DNA from: Chloroflexota bacterium
GTDB lineage: Bacteria > Chloroflexota > UBA11872 > VXNJ01
Direction of reading: 5' to 3'
Assembly (NCBI GenBank): GCA_026707405.1
Contig: JAPOWW010000004.1
Location: 213,181-277,180 of the forward strand
Length of the DNA stretch: 64,000 bases
Positions within the stretch are counted from its first letter, which is position 1, and each line of letters begins with the position of its first letter. Under the pieces are notes generated by a model. The model was not told where the DNA came from and made no database searches. It saw only the letters and a list, made by a program, of their open reading frames with translations. Position numbers and translations under genes: made by a program. Below, one piece after another: positions 9,625-18,927 of the stretch.

Positions 9625-10953
9625 CTAGCGGCCCTCGAGCGAGACTTCCGTGACGTACGAATCGAACTCCCAGCCCGAGCCGAGCACTTCGACATGCCGG
9701 ATAAACACAGGGCGTGGATATATGGCGTGCATCAGGTCGGGGTTATCGTAGGTTACCCATTCGTAGGTCGGTACGAGGCTGGACCCCGCCACCGAGAATC
9801 CATCGGTATTCTGATGATAGAAACCGTGGTACCAAATCTGGTCCTGGCCGGCGTCGTCGACGTAATAGATTTTGATCATTATTGGGTACTCGGTGCCTGC
9901 CGATCCTCCCCCTGACAAACTCTGATAGTTGACCCTCACCCGCGCTCGCATGCCGAGGGCGGAGTAATCACGGATATCGCGGTTGATTGTCTGGGAGATG
10001 CCGGCTTCGCCGTGACGGTTTACCTGTTCGTTGCCGTTTCCGATTCTCCTGAACCGGTATGCGGAGTCCCGTTCGTAGGAGGATGCCCCGGGCGAGTCCA
10101 GATAGAACGATGATTTCGTTGTCTGCCCGTCGATGCCGGCTTCGGTTGCGACGAATGGCCGCCATGGCGACGCCGATGCCAGAGCCGTAAGCTGGGGATC
10201 GTTAAGGAGCGGGCTCATGGGTGGCAGATCGCCCCGGGGAGCGAGGTCCGCGGTATAACCGCCGCGGCCCCCGATACCCACGTTGGCCAGGTCGGAGCCG
10301 TTGAACAGGTACACCTCACCCCGTCGAACCAGTACCTCGGTGCGCTCATCCGGGAGCAACTCAATGAGGTAACTGCCTTCTACGAATTCCATCCAGCCCT
10401 GATTTGCGGCTAGCGAAAACTTCCGTTCGGACTCGTCCTGGGTGCTTGCGACTCCCAAAACGGCTCTGCCCCTGTAGAGCCGTAATCGGAGCTGTTTGAC
10501 TTCGTCGTGAAGCCAACCGCGGGCGCTCTGTTCGATAAGGACTTCCGAATTGTTGTATAGGTATATGGTGCTGCCATCGAATAGCTCCAGGAAGGCGCGG
10601 GATCCCGAGTCGGTTCCGATTCTCGATCCGGGCATTACGGGTATCGGATTGCGCAGCTGCTTCCAGGCGACTTCATTCGGGTCCTTCAATAAGACCGTGC
10701 CTTCGATCGGCTCGGCTTGAAGATTGGTATTGACGGTGATGCTTCCCAGCGCCGCGGCAATCCTGCCGGGAAGCACCAGCACGACAAGTACGAACACCGC
10801 AAACGAGCCCAGCAGAAAGATCCACGCGACCGCTCGCGTGGACCGAAATCGATCGGTCCGCCGGTCCCGGCTGGTTTCGGTCGCGGCACGGGATGGTTGG
10901 TTCACGTCGCGTTGATCCGAAAGGCGTCGTAACGATTTCTCGCGTGCCCCCAA
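9625..10953 (-). CDS. membrane-anchored protein with FecR-like beta-sandwich domain and a C-terminal domain of unknown function
   Basis: N-terminal basic tail and one TM helix (AVAWIFLLGSFAVFVLVVLVLP). Following region TVLLKDPNEVAWKQLRNPIPVMPGSRIGTD...RGEVYL resembles FecR/DUF4974 folds. Start likely downstream of 10953 because the ORF overlaps acyP. Confidence 0.45.
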   Translation of the reverse strand: MGAREKSLRRLSDQRDVNQPSRAATETSRDRRTDRFRSTRAVAWIFLLGSFAVFVLVVLVLPGRIAAALGSITVNTNLQAEPIEGTVLLKDPNEVAWKQLRNPIPVMPGSRIGTDSGSRAFLELFDGSTIYLYNNSEVLIEQSARGWLHDEVKQLRLRLYRGRAVLGVASTQDESERKFSLAANQGWMEFVEGSYLIELLPDERTEVLVRRGEVYLFNGSDLANVGIGGRGGYTADLAPRGDLPPMSPLLNDPQLTALASASPWRPFVATEAGIDGQTTKSSFYLDSPGASSYERDSAYRFRRIGNGNEQVNRHGEAGISQTINRDIRDYSALGMRARVRVNYQSLSGGGSAGTEYPIMIKIYYVDDAGQDQIWYHGFYHQNTDGFSVAGSSLVPTYEWVTYDNPDLMHAIYPRPVFIRHVEVLGSGWEFDSYVTEVSLEGR

Positions 10954-11204
10954 ATCGACCTCAGATCGTCGACCCGGGCGCCGGGCGGTCCTCTTCGGAC
11001 TGCTTTGAGAAGGTGCTCCAGCTGATTGCGCCTTCCCTCCGCAACAATTTCGAGCCGATTGTAAGTCCGGGAGTTTCGCACGTAGCCGACCAGTCCCAGG
11101 CCGTTAGCCTTTCTCATTACGAAATATCGAAAGCCTACTCCCTGCACTCTTCCAATAACGGTTGCGTGAACACTCGACGTTGTGGCTGTTCCCGATTCCC
11201 CCAT
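10902..11204 (-). CDS. acyP: acylphosphatase
   Basis: VIGRVQGVGFRYFVMRKANGLGLVGYVRNSRT...EIVAEG is the acylphosphatase signature. ATG at 11204 lies 4 nt after the ruvB stop (11209-11211). The longer ORF-track start at 11285 would overlap ruvB. Confidence 0.75.
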   Translation of the reverse strand: MGESGTATTSSVHATVIGRVQGVGFRYFVMRKANGLGLVGYVRNSRTYNRLEIVAEGRRNQLEHLLKAVRRGPPGARVDDLRSIWGHARNRYDAFRINAT

Positions 11205-11208
11205 CGGC

Positions 11209-12246
11209 CTAGAGGAGCTTCTTTTGAGCTGTTTGGGCCTCTGGATACTCGATTCCCATATGCTCGTAAGCCAATCGAGTGGCAACTCTACCTCTCGGAG
11301 TGCGGGCTATGAATCCTTGCTGCAGCAAATACGGCTCGTAGTAGTCCTCCAGGGTCACGCCGTCTTCGGCCAGAGTCGCGCCCAGCGTTTGAAGACCTAC
11401 GGGACCTCCATCGAACTTGACAATTATCGCTTCGATGATCTTCCTGTCCATGTCGTCGAGCCCGGTTGAGTCTACGTCGAGGGCCGCGAGCGCGGCTTCG
11501 GCCACTTGCCTGGTGATGCGCCCGTCGGCTTCCACCTCGGCGTAGTCGCGGACCCTGCGCAGCAGGCGGTTGCACACTCTGGCGGTGCCTCGGGACCGGC
11601 GCGCGATTTCCCTCCGCCCGCCCGGGTCGAGATCAACGTCGAGAATGGAAGCTGATCTGCCGACGATCTCCTCACATTCGTCCACGGAGTAGAAATCGAG
11701 CCGGTAAATCGCACCGAACCTGTCCCGCAGCGGCGCGCTGAGGAGACCTACCCTGGTCGTCGCACCGACGAGCGTAAAGGGCGGCAGCGCGATCCGGTAG
11801 CTTCGCGATGCCGAGCCTCTTCCCTGACCGACGACCAGATCGAGCTCGCGGTCTTCCATTGCCGGATAGAGGATCTCCTCCACCGGCTTGCCGAGCCGGT
11901 GAATCTCGTCGATGAATAGAACATCGCCTTCGTTCATGCTGTTAAGCGTGGCGGCCAAGTCTCCCGGCCGGTCCAGGGCGGGGCCGCTGGTGACGCGAAT
12001 GTTGGCGTTCATTTCGCGGGCAACAATGTGGGCTAGCGTCGTCTTACCGAGACCGGGCGGTCCACAGATCAGAATGTGGTCGACCGGCTCACCGCGTTTT
12101 TTTGCGGCCAGCAGCAGAATGCGCAGCCCGGACTTGACCTTGGACTGCCCGATGAATTCACCGTCGGCGAGCGTTCGGGGGCGCAGCGCGGCATCGTGCT
12201 GCCCCTCCAAGGTGGTCCGTTCCGGGGCGACTATCCGTTCGGCCAC
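11209..12246 (-). CDS. ruvB: Holliday junction branch migration ATPase RuvB
   Basis: AAA+ Walker [10 protein letters not shown], Walker [13 protein letters not shown]-terminal winged helix. 345 aa. Confidence 0.95.
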   Translation of the reverse strand: MAERIVAPERTTLEGQHDAALRPRTLADGEFIGQSKVKSGLRILLLAAKKRGEPVDHILICGPPGLGKTTLAHIVAREMNANIRVTSGPALDRPGDLAATLNSMNEGDVLFIDEIHRLGKPVEEILYPAMEDRELDLVVGQGRGSASRSYRIALPPFTLVGATTRVGLLSAPLRDRFGAIYRLDFYSVDECEEIVGRSASILDVDLDPGGRREIARRSRGTARVCNRLLRRVRDYAEVEADGRITRQVAEAALAALDVDSTGLDDMDRKIIEAIIVKFDGGPVGLQTLGATLAEDGVTLEDYYEPYLLQQGFIARTPRGRVATRLAYEHMGIEYPEAQTAQKKLL

Positions 12247-12275
12247 AGCAACGCTCGCGACTCTCTATGCAAGTT

Positions 12276-12854
12276 TTACCGTTTAGCCAGCGCGGTCAGC
12301 GCCGCGGATATCTGCTGCTCCACAGTCATGCCCGGTTTAGCGGAGGCCGCCGTCCCTTCCATCGCCTCGGCCCGGGAATAACCCAGCGCCAGCAAAGCCT
12401 CGATAGCCTCATCGGCTCCGTCCGGTATGGCTTGTATTGTGTCGTCGCCCACTAGCTTACCTTTTAGCTCGACGATCAGGCGCTCGGCGGTCCTGGCCCC
12501 AATGCCTGAGACTGATTGAAGGGCCTTGGCGTCGCCGCTGTTGAGCGCGCTTATCAGGCGTCCGGCGGGAAGGGCTGAAAGAACCCGCAGGGCCATTCGC
12601 GGCCCTACTCCGGAGACGGTTTTCAACGCTTCATAGGCGTCGACTTCCGTGCGATTCTCGAAGCCAAACAGCGATGGCCCCTCGTCGCTCGTGTGTATTC
12701 GCGTGTGCAGCGTGACTTCCACGCCCGGCGAAGCATATCGAGTCGCCGCGCCCTCAGTCACAAAGATCCGCAGACCGATACCGAGGCCGCGCGGCTGAAT
12801 CTCCAGCCAGTCCTCGCCCGCCCGGATTACGGTGCCGGTCACCTGGCTTATCAT
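12276..12854 (-). CDS. ruvA: Holliday junction DNA helicase subunit RuvA
   Basis: OB-fold N-terminus (MISQVTGTV...), HhH motifs (LKTVSGVGPRMALRVL; LQSVSGIGARTAERL), C-terminal domain III. Confidence 0.9.
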   Translation of the reverse strand: MISQVTGTVIRAGEDWLEIQPRGLGIGLRIFVTEGAATRYASPGVEVTLHTRIHTSDEGPSLFGFENRTEVDAYEALKTVSGVGPRMALRVLSALPAGRLISALNSGDAKALQSVSGIGARTAERLIVELKGKLVGDDTIQAIPDGADEAIEALLALGYSRAEAMEGTAASAKPGMTVEQQISAALTALAKR

Positions 12855-12912
12855 CGCCTACCTCTGACTCGACAAACCGAAGAAACCGCTAGTCTCGACA
12901 ATCGCGAGGGAC

Positions 12913-13410
12913 TCATCTACGCGAAGCCGCGAGCCTCAATCCAAGCCGATGATTGTGTATGTGGCAAATTGCGGCTGCAAGCGCGTCCGCGGCGTGATGC
13001 GGCTCCGGCGCGTTCCGCAATCCGAGAATGATCTTGACCATCTCCTGGACCCGGAGTTTATCGGCATTACCGGCTCCGGTGACCGCGTTCTTGATCTGCG
13101 GTGGCGAGTATTCGGCGACCGGAATGCCGCGCCGCGCGGCGCAGAGCATCACGACGCCGCCGGCCTGCGCAACCGAGGTGGCCGTGGATGTGTTCCGCCC
13201 GAAAACCGTCTGCTCGATGGCGACGTCGGTGACCGGGTGAGAATCGAGCACCCGTACTATGCCGTCGTGAAGCTCTAAGAGACGTTGCGGTGTGCTGTCA
13301 CGGGCGTATGTGTCCAGGCACCCGTATTCGACCAGGACCGGATCGGTTTCTCCTGCAACAAGACCGAATCCGAGGTTTGCGAGGCCTGGGTCCACTCCCA
13401 GGGTAAGCAT
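12913..13410 (-). CDS. ruvC: crossover junction endodeoxyribonuclease RuvC
   Basis: MLTLGVDPGLANLGFGLV (catalytic Asp block) ...VAIEQTVFGRN...KNAVTGAGNADK, typical of RuvC. 165 aa. Confidence 0.9.
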   Translation of the reverse strand: MLTLGVDPGLANLGFGLVAGETDPVLVEYGCLDTYARDSTPQRLLELHDGIVRVLDSHPVTDVAIEQTVFGRNTSTATSVAQAGGVVMLCAARRGIPVAEYSPPQIKNAVTGAGNADKLRVQEMVKIILGLRNAPEPHHAADALAAAICHIHNHRLGLRLAASRR

Positions 13411-13413
13411 GGC

Positions 13414-14169
13414 TCAGGCGGCCGCGTAGGTGGCTACGAGGTCTTCGGTGATATTCAGGTTTGTATCTACTTTGCGGACGTCGTCCAGCTCTTCGAGACT
13501 GGAAACAAGCCTCAGCACTTGCAAAGCGCCGCGCTCCTCTGCGTCCACCGGACTCGACGCGACTCGTCCCAACTCGGCCTGGTCGATCTCGAGTCCCTCG
13601 TTGACCAGCTTCTTGCGCACCTCGTCAAGCATATGGGGCTTGGTCCAGACGTAGACCAGCGAGTCGTCGATCTCAACGTCGTCGGCGCCCGATTCGGCGG
13701 CGATCATGAATATATCGTCCGGGTCGGCGCCGTTAGCCTTTACCACGATTTCGCCGCGTCGCTCGAACATCCAGGCGACGCTTCCGGAGCCGGCCATGTG
13801 ACCGCCGGACGTTTCGAGTACGTTGCGAATCTGCGCCACGGACCGGTTGCGGTTGTCGGTCAATACGTCGATAAAGAGCGCGATGCCGCCGGGGCCGTAA
13901 CCTTCGTAAGCAAGATCGAACATTTCGGGCGCGCCCTTGTCTTCGCCGACGCCGCGCTTGATGGCCTTTTCGATGTTTGCGCTGGGCATGTTGGCCGCTT
14001 TGGCCCGCTGCACGGCCAGCCGGAGCCGGTAATTGGAGTCCCGGTCAGCGCCGCCCAGCCGCGCCGCGATCATGATCTCTTGGGACAGCTTGGAGAAAGC
14101 GCGTCCGCGTTTGGCGTCGGCCGCGGCCTTTTGACGCTTGATGGTGGACCATTTCGAGTGACCAGACAT
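13414..14169 (-). CDS. yebC: YebC/PmpR-family probable transcriptional regulatory protein
   Basis: MSGHSKWSTIKRQKAAADAKRG...is the hallmark YebC N-terminus. Precedes ruvC-ruvA-ruvB, the conserved arrangement. Confidence 0.9.
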   Translation of the reverse strand: MSGHSKWSTIKRQKAAADAKRGRAFSKLSQEIMIAARLGGADRDSNYRLRLAVQRAKAANMPSANIEKAIKRGVGEDKGAPEMFDLAYEGYGPGGIALFIDVLTDNRNRSVAQIRNVLETSGGHMAGSGSVAWMFERRGEIVVKANGADPDDIFMIAAESGADDVEIDDSLVYVWTKPHMLDEVRKKLVNEGLEIDQAELGRVASSPVDAEERGALQVLRLVSSLEELDDVRKVDTNLNITEDLVATYAAA

Positions 14170-14293
14170 CTGACTTCGTCTACCGCCCTTGATATCCTTG
14201 AGTTGATATCCGATTTTGAGATTCTACTTTAGCGAGGCATGCTCCAAATGTGCGGGAGTCTTTCGCGAGCGCGCGTAGAACAATTGGGATTCC

Positions 14294-14791
14294 ATGGACT
14301 CTAGCGATTTCATACCCCTGCTTCTAACGGCGATAGCGGGCTTCTTTATCGCCATGATGTTCTCGAAAATCTGGGTGCCTTTCGCCAAGCCGCCTCCCGG
14401 TGTGGAAGTTCACTCGACCAAGCTCGGATTTCTTCAGAAAGTCATGGTCCATCGCTGGCATCTGCTGATCGTGCTCGGGCTCGCGAATCTGGGGAGCATC
14501 CCCGGCATCGAGGTCCCCGGCATACCTGCTAATGCGCTGGTGCTGATAATCCTCTTCGTGATTCTGATAGTCGTGCTGCCGACCCGATACAGGTTCACAG
14601 CTGAGGGCTTTGCGCTGGGACGGGGACGGATAATGCCCTGGAAGGACTTCAAGCGCTATCGCTTGGGGCCGGGACGCATCCAGTTCGAGACCAAGGGCGA
14701 GAATCCCAAGCGAGTGGATATTTTCGTAACTAACGTTCAGCAGCAGGCGCTGCGGCCCGTAATCAAGCGCTATTTCCGGGCTGGGCCTTAG
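14294..14791 (+). CDS. small membrane protein (two TM helices, basic PH-like C-terminal tail), unknown function
   Basis: Two clear hydrophobic helices and a Lys/Arg-rich C-terminus. Balanced coding composition, unlike the Arg-rich antisense ORF 14324..15286. Stop overlaps the rarA stop on the opposite strand. Confidence 0.5.
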   Translation: MDSSDFIPLLLTAIAGFFIAMMFSKIWVPFAKPPPGVEVHSTKLGFLQKVMVHRWHLLIVLGLANLGSIPGIEVPGIPANALVLIILFVILIVVLPTRYRFTAEGFALGRGRIMPWKDFKRYRLGPGRIQFETKGENPKRVDIFVTNVQQQALRPVIKRYFRAGP

Positions 14792-16122
14792 TCCGAATCG
14801 GAGTCGGTTCCGCTTACGCTTCGTAGCCGCTTCGTGATCTCGACTTCGTATCCACTTGAAGACGGCGCGTAAAAGCGGACACCCTTCAGAGACTCGGGCG
14901 TGTAGTCCTGTTCGACGAAGTGACCGGGATAGTCGTGTGCGTATTTGTAGCCTTGCCCGTAGCCCAGCGCCCTGGCGCCTGAGAACGCCTCGTTTCGGAG
15001 ATGGAGCGGGACCGTCAGATCGGCGCCCGCATCTATAGCGGCGCGGGCGGCTTGCAAGGCTTTTCCAGCGGAGTTGCTCTTGGGCGCGGTCGCCAGATAG
15101 ATGGTCGCCTGGGCCAGCGCGTAAGTCGCCTCCGGCAGACCCAGCCGTTCGACTGCCTGATATGCGGCGAGCGCCACCGATATGGCCCGCGGATCGGCGT
15201 TTCCTACGTCTTCGGAAGCCAGGATGAGTAGCCGTCGGGCTATGAATTCCGGCTGCTCGCCGGCGTGCAGCATCTTTGCCAGCCATAGCACGCTCGCGTC
15301 GGGGTCCGAACCGCGGAGGCTTTTGATGAAGGCCGAAATCGTGTCGTAGTGCTCGTCGGCCTTACGGTCGTAGCGGACGTGTCGAACCAAAACCGATCGT
15401 TCTACCGTGTCCAACTCGATGGTTTCGACACATTCGTCGATTGCAAGCTCCGCAGCCGCGTCGAGCCAGTTGAGGGCGATCCGCGCGTCGCCCCCGGAAC
15501 GGTCGGATATGAACCGTTTGGCGTCTCCGGATATCTCCAGCCCCAAGCCGCCAAGTCCCCGATCGGCGTCCGAAAGCGCCCGCTCCAGGATTCGCTCGAT
15601 CAGGTCCTGGGAGAGCGGGTTCAATCTGAGGACGCGAACCCGGCTGAGCAGCGGCGCAATGACCTCGAAATAGGGATTTTCGGTAGTGGCTCCCCAAAAC
15701 ACCACAGTCCCGTCTTCAACATAGGGAAGCAGCGCGTCCTGCTGGGACTTGCTGAAACGGTGCACTTCGTCCACGAACAGCAGGGTGTTCCGCTGATGCA
15801 GCTTGAACTCGTCTTGCGCCGACCTGGCCGCCGCCTTGATGTCCGCCACCCCGGCGGTCACGGCGCTGAGGGCTATGAAACGGCTCTCGGTAGCCGCCGC
15901 GGCCAGCGTCGCCAGGGTTGTCTTGCCGCTGCCCGGCGGTCCCCACAAGAGCGCCGACCATAGACGGTCGCGTTCGAGAGAGACCCAGAGCGGTCGACCG
16001 GGGTCCAGTAAGTGTTCTTGTCCCGCGAATTCGTCGAGCGATTCGGGACGCATCCGCGCGGCGAGCGGCGTCGATTTGAGTCTTGCATCGGCCGACGCGT
16101 GATCGAACAGATCGGGATTCAA
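14788..16122 (-). CDS. rarA: replication-associated recombination protein A (MgsA/RarA AAA+ ATPase)
   Basis: Walker A GPPGSGKTT, Walker B LLFVDEVHRF, MgsA helical lid and C-terminal domain. 444 aa. Confidence 0.9.
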   Translation of the reverse strand: MNPDLFDHASADARLKSTPLAARMRPESLDEFAGQEHLLDPGRPLWVSLERDRLWSALLWGPPGSGKTTLATLAAAATESRFIALSAVTAGVADIKAAARSAQDEFKLHQRNTLLFVDEVHRFSKSQQDALLPYVEDGTVVFWGATTENPYFEVIAPLLSRVRVLRLNPLSQDLIERILERALSDADRGLGGLGLEISGDAKRFISDRSGGDARIALNWLDAAAELAIDECVETIELDTVERSVLVRHVRYDRKADEHYDTISAFIKSLRGSDPDASVLWLAKMLHAGEQPEFIARRLLILASEDVGNADPRAISVALAAYQAVERLGLPEATYALAQATIYLATAPKSNSAGKALQAARAAIDAGADLTVPLHLRNEAFSGARALGYGQGYKYAHDYPGHFVEQDYTPESLKGVRFYAPSSSGYEVEITKRLRSVSGTDSDSD

Positions 16123-17717
16123 AGGAGCGCCCGCAAGAACTCCCTGATCCGGTCTCCGTTGCCGCGCGCGCCCTCGACCAATTCGTCATCGACCGGACCG
16201 CGCCTGTACCTTGCGTGGACGAACGCCTGTGTCAGCTCGGTGACGTCGGAGGCGTTCGACTCGCAGGCTTCCAGGAGATTCCGCTGGTACTCGATGGCGG
16301 TCTGGTTCGGGCTTCGCGCTATACCTGATCGCTCCGCCTCGCGCAGCGTGTTCAGGTAGATTCGCAGAATGCGCTCGCGGTTTGACAGCGCTTCAGCCGC
16401 CAGACCTCCCGAGAAAACCGAGGCTTTGCGGATACCCATCGCGTTCATTCCCCAGGCGGCCGCCTGTTCGCCTACCAACCTCAAAGCTTCGCCCGAAAGC
16501 TGTAGCAGCGAGGCCAGTCCGAGCAGGATGGACTTGAGGACTGCACCCAGCCCGGTCAGCACGATACTGAGCAGCTTGCCGATCTTCCATTGAGGGCGGG
16601 CGCTTGTGACACGTTTGTAGATGAGGAAGGCGGTGAAAGCCAGCACGGCCCACATAATCGCCGCCTGCAAAGACAGAAGAGCTGAGCCGTCGCTACCGGC
16701 GACCTCTGATACTGGTTGCGCGGCGGGGGCTTCAGGCACCGAGGAACCGCTGAATTGCAGCAGTGAAATCAGCTTGCCGAGCAGCGCGATCACCGCCACA
16801 AACGGAAGCATCAGGATCTGCCAGGCGACGAATACGACTTTGACCAGACCCGCCCAGAAGCCTTGGGCGTTCGGTATTTGGAAGCCGGGAATGAAAAGCG
16901 CGATCAGCAGCGCGAATCCGAGAACGAACAGGCTTGAACGGACCCAGTTTTCGGTGATCCCGGAAGCCTGCCGGGCGAGCTGCATCGACCAGGTGGAGGT
17001 CTGCCGGACGAGGTTTGCGTAGCTGTGCAGCACCAGCAACCCTATGAAATAGAACACGAGGATGGTCAGCGGAGCGGCCGGCGATACCACGGGCAAGTCG
17101 CCGCGCATTATCCCGCCGGCGGTCACCGCGGTAGTTGCTGTAAGGATCCCCCCTCCCGCGAATCCAACGGCCGTAATCTTGCCGACCGCGGCCTTTCGGT
17201 CGATCCAGCGCGCGCTGCTGGTCATCCAGCCGTAGTACTCAGGCGAGTTCACCGACGGAGGTATCTCGCTCTGCTGAGGATGGAGCTGCTCGATGTTGCG
17301 GGCCAGGAATGCGGCCGCCTGCCAGATAACGGCCAGGATCACGATCATGAGTATTGTCGACGTGTCCATGATTGCGAAGAACGATCCGATGAACCAGCCG
17401 TCTCGCTCGAAGTCGACGCCGGAGCCGCCCTGAACGATCCCAAGTCCGCGCAGGACCAAGAGCGAAGGAACGGCGAAAACGAGCCAGTCTTTCCATCCCG
17501 GTTTGTCGCCGCGCGCGCCCTGTCCCCGCATGAAGATGAAGAGACTTACGAGGAAGTTGCTCAACATCAGAGCGAAGGCCAGCCACGATTGCTGTGACGA
17601 GACACCGATTGCCATGAAGCCGAAGCCTAGGCCCAGCGCCAGCGTGCCAAAGCAAACCGACGCCAGCGACGCCAGGATCAGCCTGCTATATGGCCGCTCG
17701 ACCGTCTCGCCAGACAT
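16119..17717 (-). CDS. polytopic membrane protein with C-terminal DUF4129-like domain (MoxR/DUF58-associated)
   Basis: About 12 predicted TM segments. C-terminal soluble tail (...IEYQRNLLEAC...LTQAFVHARYRRGPVDDELVEGARG...) resembles DUF4129, the protein usually encoded after MoxR+DUF58. Overlaps rarA by 4 nt and DUF58 by 32 nt. Confidence 0.55.
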   Translation of the reverse strand: MSGETVERPYSRLILASLASVCFGTLALGLGFGFMAIGVSSQQSWLAFALMLSNFLVSLFIFMRGQGARGDKPGWKDWLVFAVPSLLVLRGLGIVQGGSGVDFERDGWFIGSFFAIMDTSTILMIVILAVIWQAAAFLARNIEQLHPQQSEIPPSVNSPEYYGWMTSSARWIDRKAAVGKITAVGFAGGGILTATTAVTAGGIMRGDLPVVSPAAPLTILVFYFIGLLVLHSYANLVRQTSTWSMQLARQASGITENWVRSSLFVLGFALLIALFIPGFQIPNAQGFWAGLVKVVFVAWQILMLPFVAVIALLGKLISLLQFSGSSVPEAPAAQPVSEVAGSDGSALLSLQAAIMWAVLAFTAFLIYKRVTSARPQWKIGKLLSIVLTGLGAVLKSILLGLASLLQLSGEALRLVGEQAAAWGMNAMGIRKASVFSGGLAAEALSNRERILRIYLNTLREAERSGIARSPNQTAIEYQRNLLEACESNASDVTELTQAFVHARYRRGPVDDELVEGARGNGDRIREFLRALL

Positions 17718-18924
17718 TCATTCCCTCCCGTCCCGCGACCGCGTGCGCTTCTATGCCCGCCGCGGCGGCGAGCGCCTTAGATTTCGAAGCGCCGAGCGCG
17801 TCGGTGAAGACCGCCGTGACATTGTGCCCCGCTTTCTTTCTGTCGAGAAGCGACCGTATTAGCTCGGCGTTACCGTTGCCGGTCACCACTATTAGCGTCG
17901 AGCCCCACGAGAGCCTGAGCGAGCCGGCGCGTAGCTCGTCTCCTATGGCTTCGCCTTCGAGCAAGCCGACTCTGGCCAGCAGGGCCAGAATCTCCATGAG
18001 ATGCTTGCGGCCCTTACCCACCGGCACCCGCGGCCGCCGTGAACCGCGGATCCTGCGCGCGCGCTCAGCCGGTATCGCCCGGCCGCCCACCATCACCCTG
18101 TCGAGACCATTGACGATCACGCCGACGGACTGCCTGTCTGATATCAAGGCGGAAGCGAGCGACGCGGCCACGACTATGCCGAGTTCGCTGGAGAAGCTGA
18201 CCCACTCCCTGGAATAGCCGCTAGGGTTAAGGTCGACGAAGATCGTCACTTCGTGACTTACCGCCGGTTCAAGCTGCCTAACGTGAATGATCCCCGTTCG
18301 GGCCGAGACCTTCCAGTTGATCATCCTCGGGCTGTCCGAAGGCTTGTATTCCCGGCAGCCAATCACTCTGGACGGATCCTCGTAGAGAATCTTCGGCGTC
18401 TTAATCGTGCCAAACGGCGTGGTCGAAGGCAGCCCCAGTTTGTCGAGCGGCACGATTTCCGGATAGACGATCACGTTTACGGGCCGGTCGAGACCGACCT
18501 GACGCTGCGCGAAGCCGAAAACGTCTCCGTACCGGGCCTCGAGCGGCCCGACGGGGTGGTAGCCCCGTCGGTTGCCGGACAGTTCATAGTCAATATCCAC
18601 ACTCGAACGCGGCTTGATGGCGATCACCCGGCGCATCACTTCGTAAGTCGCGAGCTCGTGCGGGAGCGTTTCGCGAACGTTGAGCCAGGGAATGGGCAAG
18701 AAGCTCCTGTTTTGCAGCGAAATCGTGACCGGGATCTTCTCCCCCAGAAATGCCCTGCCAGGCAGCTTCCTGCTGAGGCGGAGTCCGCGGCCGATGCTCC
18801 AGATCCAGAGCTTGCTCGCGGCGAAGATTCCAACGATTACGTAAACGAGTACGAAGAAGATGCCGAAGCCTGTTATGAGTCCCGCGGCGAGTAGCAGAGC
18901 CGCCGACACGAGGATGCCGGCCAC
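17686..18924 (-). CDS. DUF58 domain protein (vWA-like, MoxR-associated)
   Basis: Two N-terminal TM helices followed by a DUF58/vWA-like region (VTIFVDLNPSGYS...). Located 3 nt downstream of the MoxR ATPase gene. Confidence 0.7.
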   Translation of the reverse strand: MAGILVSAALLLAAGLITGFGIFFVLVYVIVGIFAASKLWIWSIGRGLRLSRKLPGRAFLGEKIPVTISLQNRSFLPIPWLNVRETLPHELATYEVMRRVIAIKPRSSVDIDYELSGNRRGYHPVGPLEARYGDVFGFAQRQVGLDRPVNVIVYPEIVPLDKLGLPSTTPFGTIKTPKILYEDPSRVIGCREYKPSDSPRMINWKVSARTGIIHVRQLEPAVSHEVTIFVDLNPSGYSREWVSFSSELGIVVAASLASALISDRQSVGVIVNGLDRVMVGGRAIPAERARRIRGSRRPRVPVGKGRKHLMEILALLARVGLLEGEAIGDELRAGSLRLSWGSTLIVVTGNGNAELIRSLLDRKKAGHNVTAVFTDALGASKSKALAAAAGIEAHAVAGREGMNVWRDGRAAI

Positions 18925-18927
18925 GGG

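Noticed and set aside
14324-15286. 320-aa minus-strand ORF overlapping the rarA 3' end and antisense to the 14294..14791 membrane protein
   Set aside because: Extremely Arg-rich translation (RRRAAG...RRRRKRR). It overlaps the well-supported rarA in another frame. The plus-strand ORF has convincing TM helices.
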